A stretch of DNA of 64,000 bases, from the NCBI GenBank assembly GCA_012838305.1, contig DUPN01000003.1:29335-93334 (forward strand). The letters run 5' to 3'. The notes beneath the pieces are model-generated. The model was given only the letters and a program-made list of their open reading frames with translations, ran no database searches and was not told the origin of the DNA. This DNA comes from Bacillota bacterium. Lineage in GTDB: Bacteria > Bacillota > Limnochordia > Darwinibacteriales > Darwinibacteriaceae. A program made the translations under genes and the position numbers. This document shows, piece by piece, positions 9,330-18,636 of the stretch (the first letter of the stretch is position 1; the number at the start of each line of letters is the position of its first letter).

Positions 9330-10463
9330 GTGCAGGCCATGTATGGTTTTACCCTTATCTTGACCTTGGTCATTGTCGGCGGGGTGATTGCCTACATTGG
9401 CGATCGCTTGGGAATGCACGTTGGCCGTAAAAAGCTAACGTTATTTGGTCTGCGCCCCAAACATACCAGTATTGTAGTGACAATTGTCACAGGTATCCTT
9501 ATTTCCGCCGCGTCCATCGGCGTTTTATCCATCGGTTCGTCTGATGTGCGCACTGCTCTTTTCAATATGAAGGCAATCCAAGATGAGCTGCGAGGGATCC
9601 AGCGTGACTATGTGGTCATGAAGGGTCAGAGGGATGCAGCTCAAGTCGAGTTGGAGCAGGTCGAGGCGAGCTATCAGGAGATTACAGCTCTCCTTTTGGA
9701 AGCGGAGTCTACAGTGGATGCCCTGCAGAGACAGGCTGTGGTCCTCACGGAGGAAGTGGAAGAACTGGAGGCCAGAACCGAGCAGCTGCGGTCATCCTAC
9801 GCCCTCCTGGAAGAGAACTACGACCTTGTGGCCACGGCCTGGGGCCAGATTCGGGCGGGGAACATTGCCTTTAACGCCAGCGAAGTCATTTTGACCACTG
9901 TGATCAGAAAGGGTCTTGGCCGGGAGGAGGTCCGTGCCCACCTCGAGCGTTTCATGGAGGAAGTGGATGATGTGGCTTACCTTCGCAGTGCCAGAGCCCC
10001 AGAATCCGACACCTACAGGGCCATTTTTCTGCAGCCGGGTGTGCTAGATATGGCGGTGGAATCGGTCCTCTTGTCTCCAGGGGATGTCATCGTCCGGGCG
10101 GTAAGCGAGGGCAATAGTATTCCTGGGGTGCCGGTCTTGGTATACTTAGAGAATTTCCGCGATCAGATGGTCTTTTCCCAGGGAACTGTGTTGGCCTCCA
10201 GCCGGTGGGATCCTAGGGAAGGGATGGAGATTGATCGTGTGATCCTGCTCATGCTCAATGAAGCGCACAGCAATGCCATTAATGCCGGCATGGCCATCAG
10301 CCGGGAGCGGGGAGATGCAGTCTTACTTCCCGGTGACAGTTTCCGCGATGCTATCTTTGCCTCCAGAGACATTGAAGAATCCGTGGAAGTGCGGCTGGTG
10401 GTGGCCGAAGATACCTGGCGTTCGGAAACACCTGTTGAATTGTATCTCGAACTGGTTTTCTAA
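9330..10463 (+). CDS. Membrane-anchored coiled-coil protein, DUF3084-like
   Basis: It has an N-terminal TM (FTLILTLVIVGGVIAYIG), a long coiled coil (QDELRGIQRDY...LEEN) and a C-terminal globular region. The architecture matches DUF3084; the family assignment is from memory, not a search. Confidence 0.4.
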   Translation: MQAMYGFTLILTLVIVGGVIAYIGDRLGMHVGRKKLTLFGLRPKHTSIVVTIVTGILISAASIGVLSIGSSDVRTALFNMKAIQDELRGIQRDYVVMKGQRDAAQVELEQVEASYQEITALLLEAESTVDALQRQAVVLTEEVEELEARTEQLRSSYALLEENYDLVATAWGQIRAGNIAFNASEVILTTVIRKGLGREEVRAHLERFMEEVDDVAYLRSARAPESDTYRAIFLQPGVLDMAVESVLLSPGDVIVRAVSEGNSIPGVPVLVYLENFRDQMVFSQGTVLASSRWDPREGMEIDRVILLMLNEAHSNAINAGMAISRERGDAVLLPGDSFRDAIFASRDIEESVEVRLVVAEDTWRSETPVELYLELVF

Positions 10464-10545
10464 GGTTCCAGCAAATGTCAAACTGCCTTTAGAAGGAATT
10501 TCTCGCTGGATATGGAATTTTGGTATCGCCATCATCCTTGTTCTA

Positions 10546-10554
10546 TGCTACAAT
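10546..10554 (+). promoter_or_regulatory. Candidate extended -10 element (TGcTACAAT) at the start of a ~300-nt leader upstream of ompM
   Basis: tgctacaat sits inside a 385-nt intergenic region and has no convincing -35 element. Confidence 0.25.
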
Positions 10555-10848
10555 CAAATGTGGGAGGCATATTCTTCCAACGCCGCAACCTGAGAAAAAG
10601 ATCCAGCTCTGAGAAGGAATTGGGAGATGTGTGGAGAATGTCTTCTAATACGGTATTGTTTTCAGTATCTTACAAGTTAGGACGGTCAGAAAGGAGGTGC
10701 CCGCGGTTTCCGTCGACTGGGGATACTGAAAGATGAACACACTCTTGTCATGCCTGAAGCTGAGGGAACAAGGAGACTCAAAAGATAGCAAACAAGAGGG
10801 TTTTCATCAACACATACATCAAAAACGAACCTAAACCAAGGGGGTAAA

Positions 10849-13038
10849 ATGAATATGAAAATGAAGAAGCTTGCTTTAGTACTAGTCGTTGTTTTGATGG
10901 CTAGTGCAGCAATGCCCGCAATGGCCAGCCCATTCGCAGATGTTCCTGCTGATCACTGGGCCTATGATTCCGTAGCGGAATTGGCTGCTGCAGGTTTGAT
11001 TGAAGGATATCCAGATGGAACCTATGGCGGTTCCAGAATGATGACTCGTTACGAAGCTGCTATGGTATTTGCCAGAGCGCTCAATCGTCTCGAGAGTCAA
11101 ATCGCCAACAACAACCTTCTACCAGAGCTTGACAAGATCAAGGCTGAACTCATGGCTGAGATTGAAGCACAGATGGCTGCTGCTGACAAGCCTGTTGTAG
11201 AAACCATTGAAACCAAGGTAATTGAGCAGCGCATCGATGAACAAGCACTTGCTCGCATCCGTGCCAACGAGATCGCCATCGACGCACTCGAAGGCGACAT
11301 GGCCTACCTGGAAGCCAGAATGCTTGGTTTGATTGATGGCATTCGCTTCGACATGAACCAACTCGAAGAGCAACAGGTAACAGGTGTAGAACCACCTTCC
11401 ATGGATGAAATCGAAGCTTTGATTGCTGCTAGAATCCAAGAAAGCCTTTTGGATGTTGCCAGCGGCGTTAAAGAGACCACCATCGTGGAGAGGGTTGTTT
11501 CCACCACTCCTGAGATGACCAAGCAAGATGTGGAGTTCATCGCCGAAGCACTCATCCGTGAGCAGGTTCAAGGTGTTGAGCGCAAAGTTCAAGAGAACAG
11601 AGACCTCATCGTTGGCCTCGTTGACTGGGTTGATGAGCTTGACGCAGATGTGACCGTTCTCAAAGACGATGTTGCAGGTTTGAAGGCATCTGTTGCTGAT
11701 CTGGAGAAAGCCCCCAGACTCAGCGGTGACTTAACTCTGAAGGGTGAATACAAGCTGCCAGATGGCGCTGACGAGAAAGAATATGTTCTCACCCAGACCG
11801 GTGCTCTTACACTGGGCATCAAGGCCTCTGACACCACCAATGTTAAGGCTATTTTGGGATTCAAGGTTGCTGCAGGTAGCCTGGTAGACGAATTAACAAA
11901 CTACCGCGTGGAAGTGGATTCTACCACACCCATCAGCAAAGTGGTTGTAGGGAAAATTGCTAAGGGTAATCTCTCTCCCTACGTCGACCGTTACGTCCTT
12001 GCCTCCAACGACCATGCCTTTGGCGGACTGGGCAAGATCAACATTATGGATGATCTGACACTGGATCTCTTTGTTGGTCAGAAAGCTGTTGGAGCACATG
12101 AGAATATGCAGGCTGCAGCGGCGCTGCAGTACAAGTTCATCCCTGAACTTGGTCTGAGACTGTCCGGTGCTCTCCAGAAACCAACCGGTGAGATGTTTGT
12201 GAACTATGCAGCTGGTATCGGCCTCTTTGGTGAAGTAGCCGGTGTTACCTATGCTGGTGACTTTGCCATGGACTTCAATGCAGATGAGAAAAACTTCATC
12301 GGCGTTCTTGAGGCCGAAACAACCTTGGATCCTGTGACCCTTGATCTGAAGGGAATCTACCAGGGAGAAAACTACGCCATCAGAAACCTGCTAGTTAACA
12401 CCGATAATGCCTTTGCTGTTGAAGGCGGCCTCAAGGCTGGTCTCAAAGATCTGCTCGGTTTCGATGCCAACCTCGGCGGTCGTGCCTACTATGAAGGTGC
12501 CATTGGTGCAGAGGAAGGAGATCCTGATACCTCGATTATAGCCTTCAAGCTGGATGCAGACGCAACCTTTGATGTATTCGTACCTGTGACCATTGAAGGT
12601 CGCTTCGTAGGTAACATCACCGGCGGCGCAGACATGGAAAGCAATATCTTTGCCAAGTTGTCCGCTGCACAGAAGGGCGACTACGGACTTCGCTACGGTG
12701 CATATGCTTCCTACGAGAAGAATGTCCTGACGGATGTTAAGTGGAAAGATGTTGCTAAGTTTACAGGTAACGACGATGCGAAGTTTGGTGCTAATGTAGG
12801 TTATGGTGTCGACTGGAGCGGTGCGAAAGTTGACCTCGACTACAATGCTGACTTTGTATTGCCAATCGTACCCGAAGGCGATCCAGAGAGAGACATGACC
12901 CTCACCAACAAACTGGTTGTTGGCTACGGCTTTACCAACAATGTCAAGCTCACCTTTGGTGCGAGTGTCAAGTCAACGTTCAGCGATCCTCTCGCCAACC
13001 GCTTCTTCTACGATGCAGGTTTGACAGTTAAGTTCTAA
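10849..13038 (+). CDS. ompM: OmpM-type outer-membrane porin with an N-terminal SLH domain, a coiled-coil stalk and a C-terminal beta-barrel
   Basis: It has a signal peptide and the SLH motif FADVPADHWAYDSVAELAAAGLIEGYPDGTYGG..MTRYEAAMVFARAL. A coiled-coil region of about 200 aa is followed by an alternating amphipathic beta-strand region that ends with a terminal Phe (LTVKF). Confidence 0.85.
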   Translation: MNMKMKKLALVLVVVLMASAAMPAMASPFADVPADHWAYDSVAELAAAGLIEGYPDGTYGGSRMMTRYEAAMVFARALNRLESQIANNNLLPELDKIKAELMAEIEAQMAAADKPVVETIETKVIEQRIDEQALARIRANEIAIDALEGDMAYLEARMLGLIDGIRFDMNQLEEQQVTGVEPPSMDEIEALIAARIQESLLDVASGVKETTIVERVVSTTPEMTKQDVEFIAEALIREQVQGVERKVQENRDLIVGLVDWVDELDADVTVLKDDVAGLKASVADLEKAPRLSGDLTLKGEYKLPDGADEKEYVLTQTGALTLGIKASDTTNVKAILGFKVAAGSLVDELTNYRVEVDSTTPISKVVVGKIAKGNLSPYVDRYVLASNDHAFGGLGKINIMDDLTLDLFVGQKAVGAHENMQAAAALQYKFIPELGLRLSGALQKPTGEMFVNYAAGIGLFGEVAGVTYAGDFAMDFNADEKNFIGVLEAETTLDPVTLDLKGIYQGENYAIRNLLVNTDNAFAVEGGLKAGLKDLLGFDANLGGRAYYEGAIGAEEGDPDTSIIAFKLDADATFDVFVPVTIEGRFVGNITGGADMESNIFAKLSAAQKGDYGLRYGAYASYEKNVLTDVKWKDVAKFTGNDDAKFGANVGYGVDWSGAKVDLDYNADFVLPIVPEGDPERDMTLTNKLVVGYGFTNNVKLTFGASVKSTFSDPLANRFFYDAGLTVKF

Positions 13039-13063
13039 GAACTTAGCTCCCAGAGAAACACAA

Positions 13064-13090
13064 GGTCCTCCTGAGGGAGGACCTTTTTTT
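13064..13090 (+). terminator. Rho-independent terminator of ompM
   Basis: The stem is GGTCCTCC-TGAG-GGAGGACC and is followed by TTTTTTT. Confidence 0.7.
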
Positions 13091-13133
13091 ACCCTCAGAA
13101 GGGGTAGTCGAAAAGCGAATGATCTGATCCGAG

Positions 13134-13529
13134 GTGGTGAGTCAGGTGATCGTTTTGGGAATCGATCCGGGACGTGAAAAATGCGGTTTAGCTGTGGTTT
13201 CCCCTAATCTGGTGCTGGTGAAGCGAGTGGTGGCCCGGGGAGAATTCTTGGATTTGGCCCGCGAGTATATTCGACAGTATAATGTGGCTAGAATCGTTCT
13301 TGGCGATGGAACGGGATCGAAGGATTTTCTTCAGGAGATAGAAGGGGTTTTACCCGTGGTCACAGTTGATGAGCAATATACCACGGAAGAGGCAAGAAAA
13401 AGATATTGGCTTGACCACCGTCCCAAGGGATGGAGACGCTTTTTGCCCACGAGTATGCAGGTGCCGCCGGAGCCCTTCGATGACTATGTCGCCGTGATCC
13501 TGGCGGAACGGTATTTATCCGAGATCTAA
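13134..13529 (+). CDS. YqgF/RuvX-like (RNase H-fold) putative Holliday-junction resolvase or pre-16S rRNA nuclease family protein
   Basis: VLGIDPGREKCGLAV aligns with the YqgF motif ILGLDLGTKTLGVA, RIVLGDGTG with IVLGFP, and DEQYTTEEA with DERLTT. The 131 aa length fits the family. Confidence 0.5.
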   Translation: MVSQVIVLGIDPGREKCGLAVVSPNLVLVKRVVARGEFLDLAREYIRQYNVARIVLGDGTGSKDFLQEIEGVLPVVTVDEQYTTEEARKRYWLDHRPKGWRRFLPTSMQVPPEPFDDYVAVILAERYLSEI

Positions 13530-13634
13530 TGTATGCGTTCTCATTTATTGGGAATATGGGCAAGGGGAGGGTTTTCCCTAGTATTTGGAGAACTAAAATG
13601 TGATACCTAGGTTTGGCGGAGAGGAGGAGAGCGA

Positions 13635-14891
13635 ATGCACAGAAGTCTACGGTTTGCTGCGGTTTTCTGTATGCTTTTGCTGCTTAGTCATGGTGTTTTG
13701 GCCAACTCTCCTTCAGGCTCATCCCTGCTGTCACAGGACTGGGCCGATCTGGCCATTGAAGAATTGGGAAGGGATCGGGGAATACCTGATTTTGACATTC
13801 CTGCCCAGCCCAACCGGAATCAAAGGGCTCTTTTGGTCGCCCGTCTTCTGCAGCATTTGAGCGGCGAGGATCATCTCCAATCGCGCCGCTTCGGCGTGAG
13901 CAAGAATGTTTATTTGGACAATATGATCTTCACCTACAATCAGCGAGTGGTACCTGAGATGGCCCTCACCGTAAGCCAAGTGGAGGCCCTTTACAGGCTG
14001 GTCTTGGAGTTCAGCGACGAGCTGGAGATCTTAGGCTATGCCATCCAGGACTTCAACCTCCTCCAGTCCGAGGGATTTGTGGAGCAGCAGGAAGGCCTGT
14101 TTGCCAACCGCAACCTGCTCTATTCTGAACAGGCGCTGTCCGCCGCCCGCAAGCGTGACGAACAGCGAACGGCTGTGCAGAGCGTTGAGGTGGTTGCTGC
14201 ACCTGAAACAAGCATTGCCGAGATCATTCCTGAACCTGTTCGACCCCGCAACCTCTGGACGGGCCAGTTTTCTCCTGTGACCCGCACGCTGCCGCCGTCT
14301 TCAAGTATTGTGGCTCAAGAATCCCTGGCGGAACAGAGTCGACCCCTTTCCCTTGGGGGCTTTGAAGTCACAACCGCATTGCGGCCTGCCCCTTCCGGAA
14401 GTCAGAGTAGTATAGAGAGCTCGAGTTCCAGTACAGCCGAAGGAGGTGGCTATGGTATTGCGCTGCGCATGGGCGATGTGGCCTTGCGCACAGATCTGGC
14501 TCTGAATCCCGAGAAGGTGAGCACATCCGTCGATTTGAGCTGGGCATGGGCGGATCTTTTTACACTGAGCGCGGGTTACAGGCAGGGCCTCAGACTCAAG
14601 GAGGACGCGGAGTCCGAGGACGAAGCCCCCGTTGTTGCTTCTCTGGGAGTGGTGGTCCCCCTCAATCGGGGACAGGTACATTTAGGCATGACCCAGGAGT
14701 GGAATTTTGCAGATCTAGAAGGAAATCCCATGCGCCCTGGTGAACTAGGTATGGGTACCAGTACTGCCGAGCTTGGGTTGAGCTATGACCTCAAAAACGA
14801 CAGTTCGCTGCGGTTTAACTACCGATTCATTGACTTTAGCAATATGGAATCAGGCACGGAAGCGGAAGCCGCTTTTTCTATCAAGTTTTGA
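13635..14891 (+). CDS. Putative outer-membrane beta-barrel protein with a degenerate N-terminal SLH-like segment (an OmpM paralog?)
   Basis: It has a signal peptide and an SLH-like stretch (DWADLAIEELGRDRGIPDFDIP...RALLVARLL). The C-terminal beta-rich region ends in a terminal Phe (FSIKF), and there is a GAGGAGGAG RBS. Confidence 0.45.
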   Translation: MHRSLRFAAVFCMLLLLSHGVLANSPSGSSLLSQDWADLAIEELGRDRGIPDFDIPAQPNRNQRALLVARLLQHLSGEDHLQSRRFGVSKNVYLDNMIFTYNQRVVPEMALTVSQVEALYRLVLEFSDELEILGYAIQDFNLLQSEGFVEQQEGLFANRNLLYSEQALSAARKRDEQRTAVQSVEVVAAPETSIAEIIPEPVRPRNLWTGQFSPVTRTLPPSSSIVAQESLAEQSRPLSLGGFEVTTALRPAPSGSQSSIESSSSSTAEGGGYGIALRMGDVALRTDLALNPEKVSTSVDLSWAWADLFTLSAGYRQGLRLKEDAESEDEAPVVASLGVVVPLNRGQVHLGMTQEWNFADLEGNPMRPGELGMGTSTAELGLSYDLKNDSSLRFNYRFIDFSNMESGTEAEAAFSIKF

Positions 14892-14908
14892 GATCTGGAG
14901 GGAAGTTC

Positions 14909-15844
14909 ATGAGGAAAAGTGTTGCTTTGGTCTTATCTTTAGCTCTAGTACTAACTTTGATCCCCCCTGTACTGCTGCCTGATGCATCAGCCAATGTGAC
15001 TCCACTTGGCTCTTTGGTCATTGTAGAAGAAATGCTCTACGGCGAGAGCCAAACCGGTTCTCTTTTGGCCCGCATTGAGCAGGTGGAGATGGACATTTAC
15101 GGTGCAGTGCAGCAAGGAGCCGTCCTGATGCGCATCGATCGTGTCCTCGGTTTTCTCCAGGATTCAGAGGGTGACGGCGGTTTGCAGCTGCTTCTCAACT
15201 TGGCTGAATGGGGTTTTTCTGCCACCTTGAGCGGAGAGAAGCCCATGGTGGAGAGGCTGGACAATCTTGAACTTGTCCTCTACGGTACCGCCCAGCCAGG
15301 CACCATTTCGGAACGGGCCGAGCAGCTGATGCTTGATGTCTGGGGAACTACCAACCTTGACGTGAAGAGGTTAACGCTGCCTGCCCAGACCTTGGTGAGA
15401 GTGGCCCTGGCGAGTACGGTGGATTCGAGTACAGCGCAAGTGGGCGATCAGGTCCAGTATCGTGTTGTGGAAGATGTGATGATTGAGGGGCGTGTGGTGA
15501 TACCTCTAGGCGCGACGGGGTTAGCTACTGTTGCGGAGGCCACGGCTGCAGGGGGGCTAGGTAAAGATGGACGGGTTGTCCTGGACTTCGGCAAGATCAC
15601 GGCCCTCGATGGCACCCAGGTTCGCTTAAGGGTGGATGAGACCGCAACCCAGCGCAACAGGTCGTTGGAACTTGCTGCAGGGGCCAGTATGGCCGGGGTG
15701 ATCTTGCTCGGACCCGTAGGCTTAGTGAGCGGCTACTTTGTGCGCGGCAAGAACGTGCAAATTGTAGAAAACACCCAGTTTTATGTGGAAACCGAGCGAG
15801 CTGTGCCAACTTTGGGTTTCTATTTTAGACCCGCTATCAACTAG
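14909..15844 (+). CDS. Secreted hypothetical protein with two tandem ~40-aa repeats
   Basis: The signal peptide is MRKSVALVLSLALVLTLIPPVLLPDASA. The repeats are LARIEQVEMDIYGAVQQGAVLMRIDRVLG and VERLDNLELVLYGTAQPGTISERAEQLMLDVWG. The RBS is GGAGGG. Confidence 0.4.
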   Translation: MRKSVALVLSLALVLTLIPPVLLPDASANVTPLGSLVIVEEMLYGESQTGSLLARIEQVEMDIYGAVQQGAVLMRIDRVLGFLQDSEGDGGLQLLLNLAEWGFSATLSGEKPMVERLDNLELVLYGTAQPGTISERAEQLMLDVWGTTNLDVKRLTLPAQTLVRVALASTVDSSTAQVGDQVQYRVVEDVMIEGRVVIPLGATGLATVAEATAAGGLGKDGRVVLDFGKITALDGTQVRLRVDETATQRNRSLELAAGASMAGVILLGPVGLVSGYFVRGKNVQIVENTQFYVETERAVPTLGFYFRPAIN

Positions 15845-15954
15845 GGGTTGCGATCGTTGTGAGCCAGAGAACCGGGGTCCGCAAGGTTCCGCGGTTCTTG
15901 TCTTACAGCGGCCGGTGCAGTCTATCTCAAATTGATCTGAGGTGTCAAAGTGCG

Positions 15955-18633
15955 ATGAAAAACTTAAGGACAAACATCGTGGCGAGCATTCTGCTACTCC
16001 TGGTTCTGCTGGGGAGTGGCCCCCTTGCAGCCAATGAATATTTGTTGGGTGTGGGGGACGCGGTGAGGATAACCGTTTGGGGTCACGAGGAGCTGGCGAC
16101 CCAGACGGTGGTACGGCCCGATGGGTATCTTACGTTTCCTTTAGTCGGCGATATCTGGGCGGTGGACAAGACCACTCGCCAACTCCGTACCGAGCTGCAG
16201 AGTCTGTTAGCAGATTTTGTGGTCAATCCGCAGGTGACGGTGATCGTGACCCAGTTTCGTACGGTGCGCGTGCAGCTGCTCGGAGAGGTTGCCAGACCGG
16301 GGAACTATAACCTCTCGTCTGGTGCTCGTCTCCTCGATGTCCTGGCTTCCGCTGGTGGACCATTGAACAATGCCGATCTGAGCCGTGTCAATATCACCAG
16401 ATATGAGCTTGGCGGCCAGCAGTCCAAGGTACTGACCGTTGACGTGAGACTGTTCTTGGAGCAGGGTCAGCTAGAGGGCAATCCTTTAGTTGAGGGTGAC
16501 GATATGATCTTTGTCCCCGCTTCAGGACGGGCTACGATTTTCGGCGAAGTGCGTCAACCGAGAAGTTATGACTTGGGCAGCGGCTTAGATCTCTTGGATT
16601 TGATGGCTCTGGCCGGGGGCAGTTTAGATTCCGCTGACCTTGAGAATGTTGTCATTACCAGCCAAATTGACGGGCAGCCTGTGGAGCAGGTGGTCAATGT
16701 CCAGAATTATATGGCCGGGCGCGAAAAACCCGTTGCCATCAAGCCCAATGACGTGATCTTTGTCCCCAAGAAGCAACAGGTGATGGTAGTAGGGGCGGTT
16801 CGAAATCCTGGCATTTATACTTTACATAGTGACGCCCACCTAGTTGACATTTTAGCTCGGGCCGGGGGCGTTACAGCGGCTGGCGATGCTTCCGCTGTGG
16901 CCATTACGCGCAAAGGGATCTCGGATCAGGAAATCCTCATTGTCAATGCCCAGCCCGGCCTCAGCGGCCGAACAGGGGGGGACAACCCTCGTCTTGTTGC
17001 CGATGATCTGATCTTTGTCCCCGAAGGTTATCGTAATGCCCTGGTTCTGGGACAAGTGAGAAGCCCCGGCTCCTATGCCCTCGACGAACAGACTCGGCTC
17101 TTGGATCTTCTGGCAAGGGCTGGGGGAACGACGGATCGCGCCGGCGAGGAGCTAACCTTGACCCGTGATGGGGTGGCCAAGACGGTGGATATAGGAGCTC
17201 TAGAGCGCTTCGGTTTGCAGAACGAACCGGTGGAGCCAGGTGATGTGATCTTTGTTCCTGAAGGGGAACGGCGCGTCTTGATCCTCGGCGAAGTGCGCAG
17301 CCCGGGGTATCACCAATTCCGCCCGGGTGATCGCGTCCTAGATGTGATCGGACTTGCCGGCGGGTTAACAACCAATGCTCTCCAGGAGCAAGTCTCCTTG
17401 AGCAGGCCCACGCCTGAGGGAACGGACATCTTCATGATCGATTTCAGCGGTCTGATGGACAACCGTTATTTAGCGGATAATCTTCATGTTCAGGGCGGTG
17501 ATGTGATTATCGTGCCGGCAGAGGATCGTGGTGTGATCGTCCTGGGCGAAGTGCAGCGCCCTGGATATTATACGTATCGTTCCGGTGACGGGCTTCTAGA
17601 TGCCATTATGCTGGCCGGTGGTTTCACCCAAAATGCGAATGAGGAAAGGGTGTCGCTGACCCGGCAGACAGGGGGCGAGACCGAAGTTGAAAGTATTGAT
17701 TTCAGTCTGCTTATGGAGGATGGCTTTTTGGCCCAGGACAAGCCCCTGCAGGGCGGCGATATCATCATGGTGCCCCGCAGTGAACGGAACGTCCTGGTTC
17801 TGGGGGAAGTACGCAATCCCGGTTACTATTCCTTTGCCAAAGGACAGAGCTTTGTGGAGCTGATTGGCCGGGCTGGAGGCTTTACCGCCAATGCTGACGT
17901 GGCTAAGGTACATGTCACCATGGAAACAGCCGACGGCTTACTCACGGAAGTGTTGAACCTGGATGTACTGGCGGGGGCAAATGATAATCGGCCTTTGCAG
18001 GGCGGCGAAGTGATTACGGTTCCCCGAGCCAATAATGTGGTTCTCGTCTTTGGCGAAGTGGTGCGGCCTGGAGCCTATACTCTGGCGCCCCAGGGGCGTC
18101 TCCTGGATATTCTGGCTGCCGCAGGAGGATTACAGTCCAATGTAGGATCTGAGAATGTGGTTGTGACACGTCAAGATGGCAATGAAGAACAGGTCTGGCA
18201 AGTGAACTATGGTAGTTTAATGGCGGCCCAGAGCGAGAATAATCTGGCTTTGGCCGGGGGTGATGTGATTTATGTACCTGCATCGAGAAGGCAAATTCTG
18301 GTGTTAGGTATGGTCAAGAATCCCGGTGTCTATACTCTGCCGATGGGCGCTCGTGTCCTGGATGCCCTGGCGATGGCCGGCGGGCCCCTGGAACGTGCTG
18401 CCCTGGAAAATGTCGGTATTTACCGCGATGGTTCCCTGGAAGGGGCTGACATCGTGGCCATGGGTCAGGACAAGATGCTCTTTACTGGCGATGCCAGTGA
18501 AAATCCCCTCCTACAAGCAGGAGACATTATCTACGTGCCTGAGACCAAAAAACCTGATTGGACAAAGATTTTTGGCTTCGTGGGCGCAATCAGCACATTC
18601 AAGAATTCCTTGCTGAACATTATTCGATGGTAG
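15955..18633 (+). CDS. Wza/KpsD-family polysaccharide export protein with a Poly_export domain followed by eight SLBB repeats and a C-terminal amphipathic helix
   Basis: The N-terminal Poly_export-like region is GDAVRITVWGHEEL..VRPDGYLTFPLVGDIWAV. A module GD.I.VPE....V.LGEVR.PG.Y.L....LLD.LA.AGG recurs about eight times. The C-terminus is WTKIFGFVGAISTFKNSLLNIIRW. Confidence 0.8.
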   Translation: MKNLRTNIVASILLLLVLLGSGPLAANEYLLGVGDAVRITVWGHEELATQTVVRPDGYLTFPLVGDIWAVDKTTRQLRTELQSLLADFVVNPQVTVIVTQFRTVRVQLLGEVARPGNYNLSSGARLLDVLASAGGPLNNADLSRVNITRYELGGQQSKVLTVDVRLFLEQGQLEGNPLVEGDDMIFVPASGRATIFGEVRQPRSYDLGSGLDLLDLMALAGGSLDSADLENVVITSQIDGQPVEQVVNVQNYMAGREKPVAIKPNDVIFVPKKQQVMVVGAVRNPGIYTLHSDAHLVDILARAGGVTAAGDASAVAITRKGISDQEILIVNAQPGLSGRTGGDNPRLVADDLIFVPEGYRNALVLGQVRSPGSYALDEQTRLLDLLARAGGTTDRAGEELTLTRDGVAKTVDIGALERFGLQNEPVEPGDVIFVPEGERRVLILGEVRSPGYHQFRPGDRVLDVIGLAGGLTTNALQEQVSLSRPTPEGTDIFMIDFSGLMDNRYLADNLHVQGGDVIIVPAEDRGVIVLGEVQRPGYYTYRSGDGLLDAIMLAGGFTQNANEERVSLTRQTGGETEVESIDFSLLMEDGFLAQDKPLQGGDIIMVPRSERNVLVLGEVRNPGYYSFAKGQSFVELIGRAGGFTANADVAKVHVTMETADGLLTEVLNLDVLAGANDNRPLQGGEVITVPRANNVVLVFGEVVRPGAYTLAPQGRLLDILAAAGGLQSNVGSENVVVTRQDGNEEQVWQVNYGSLMAAQSENNLALAGGDVIYVPASRRQILVLGMVKNPGVYTLPMGARVLDALAMAGGPLERAALENVGIYRDGSLEGADIVAMGQDKMLFTGDASENPLLQAGDIIYVPETKKPDWTKIFGFVGAISTFKNSLLNIIRW

Positions 18634-18636
18634 GAG

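Noticed and set aside
16785-16810. T-loop-like GGTTCGAAATCC sequence that could be mistaken for a tRNA
   Set aside because: It lies inside the Wza-like CDS (codons AVRNPG) and has no acceptor, D or anticodon arms around it. It is a coincidental match.
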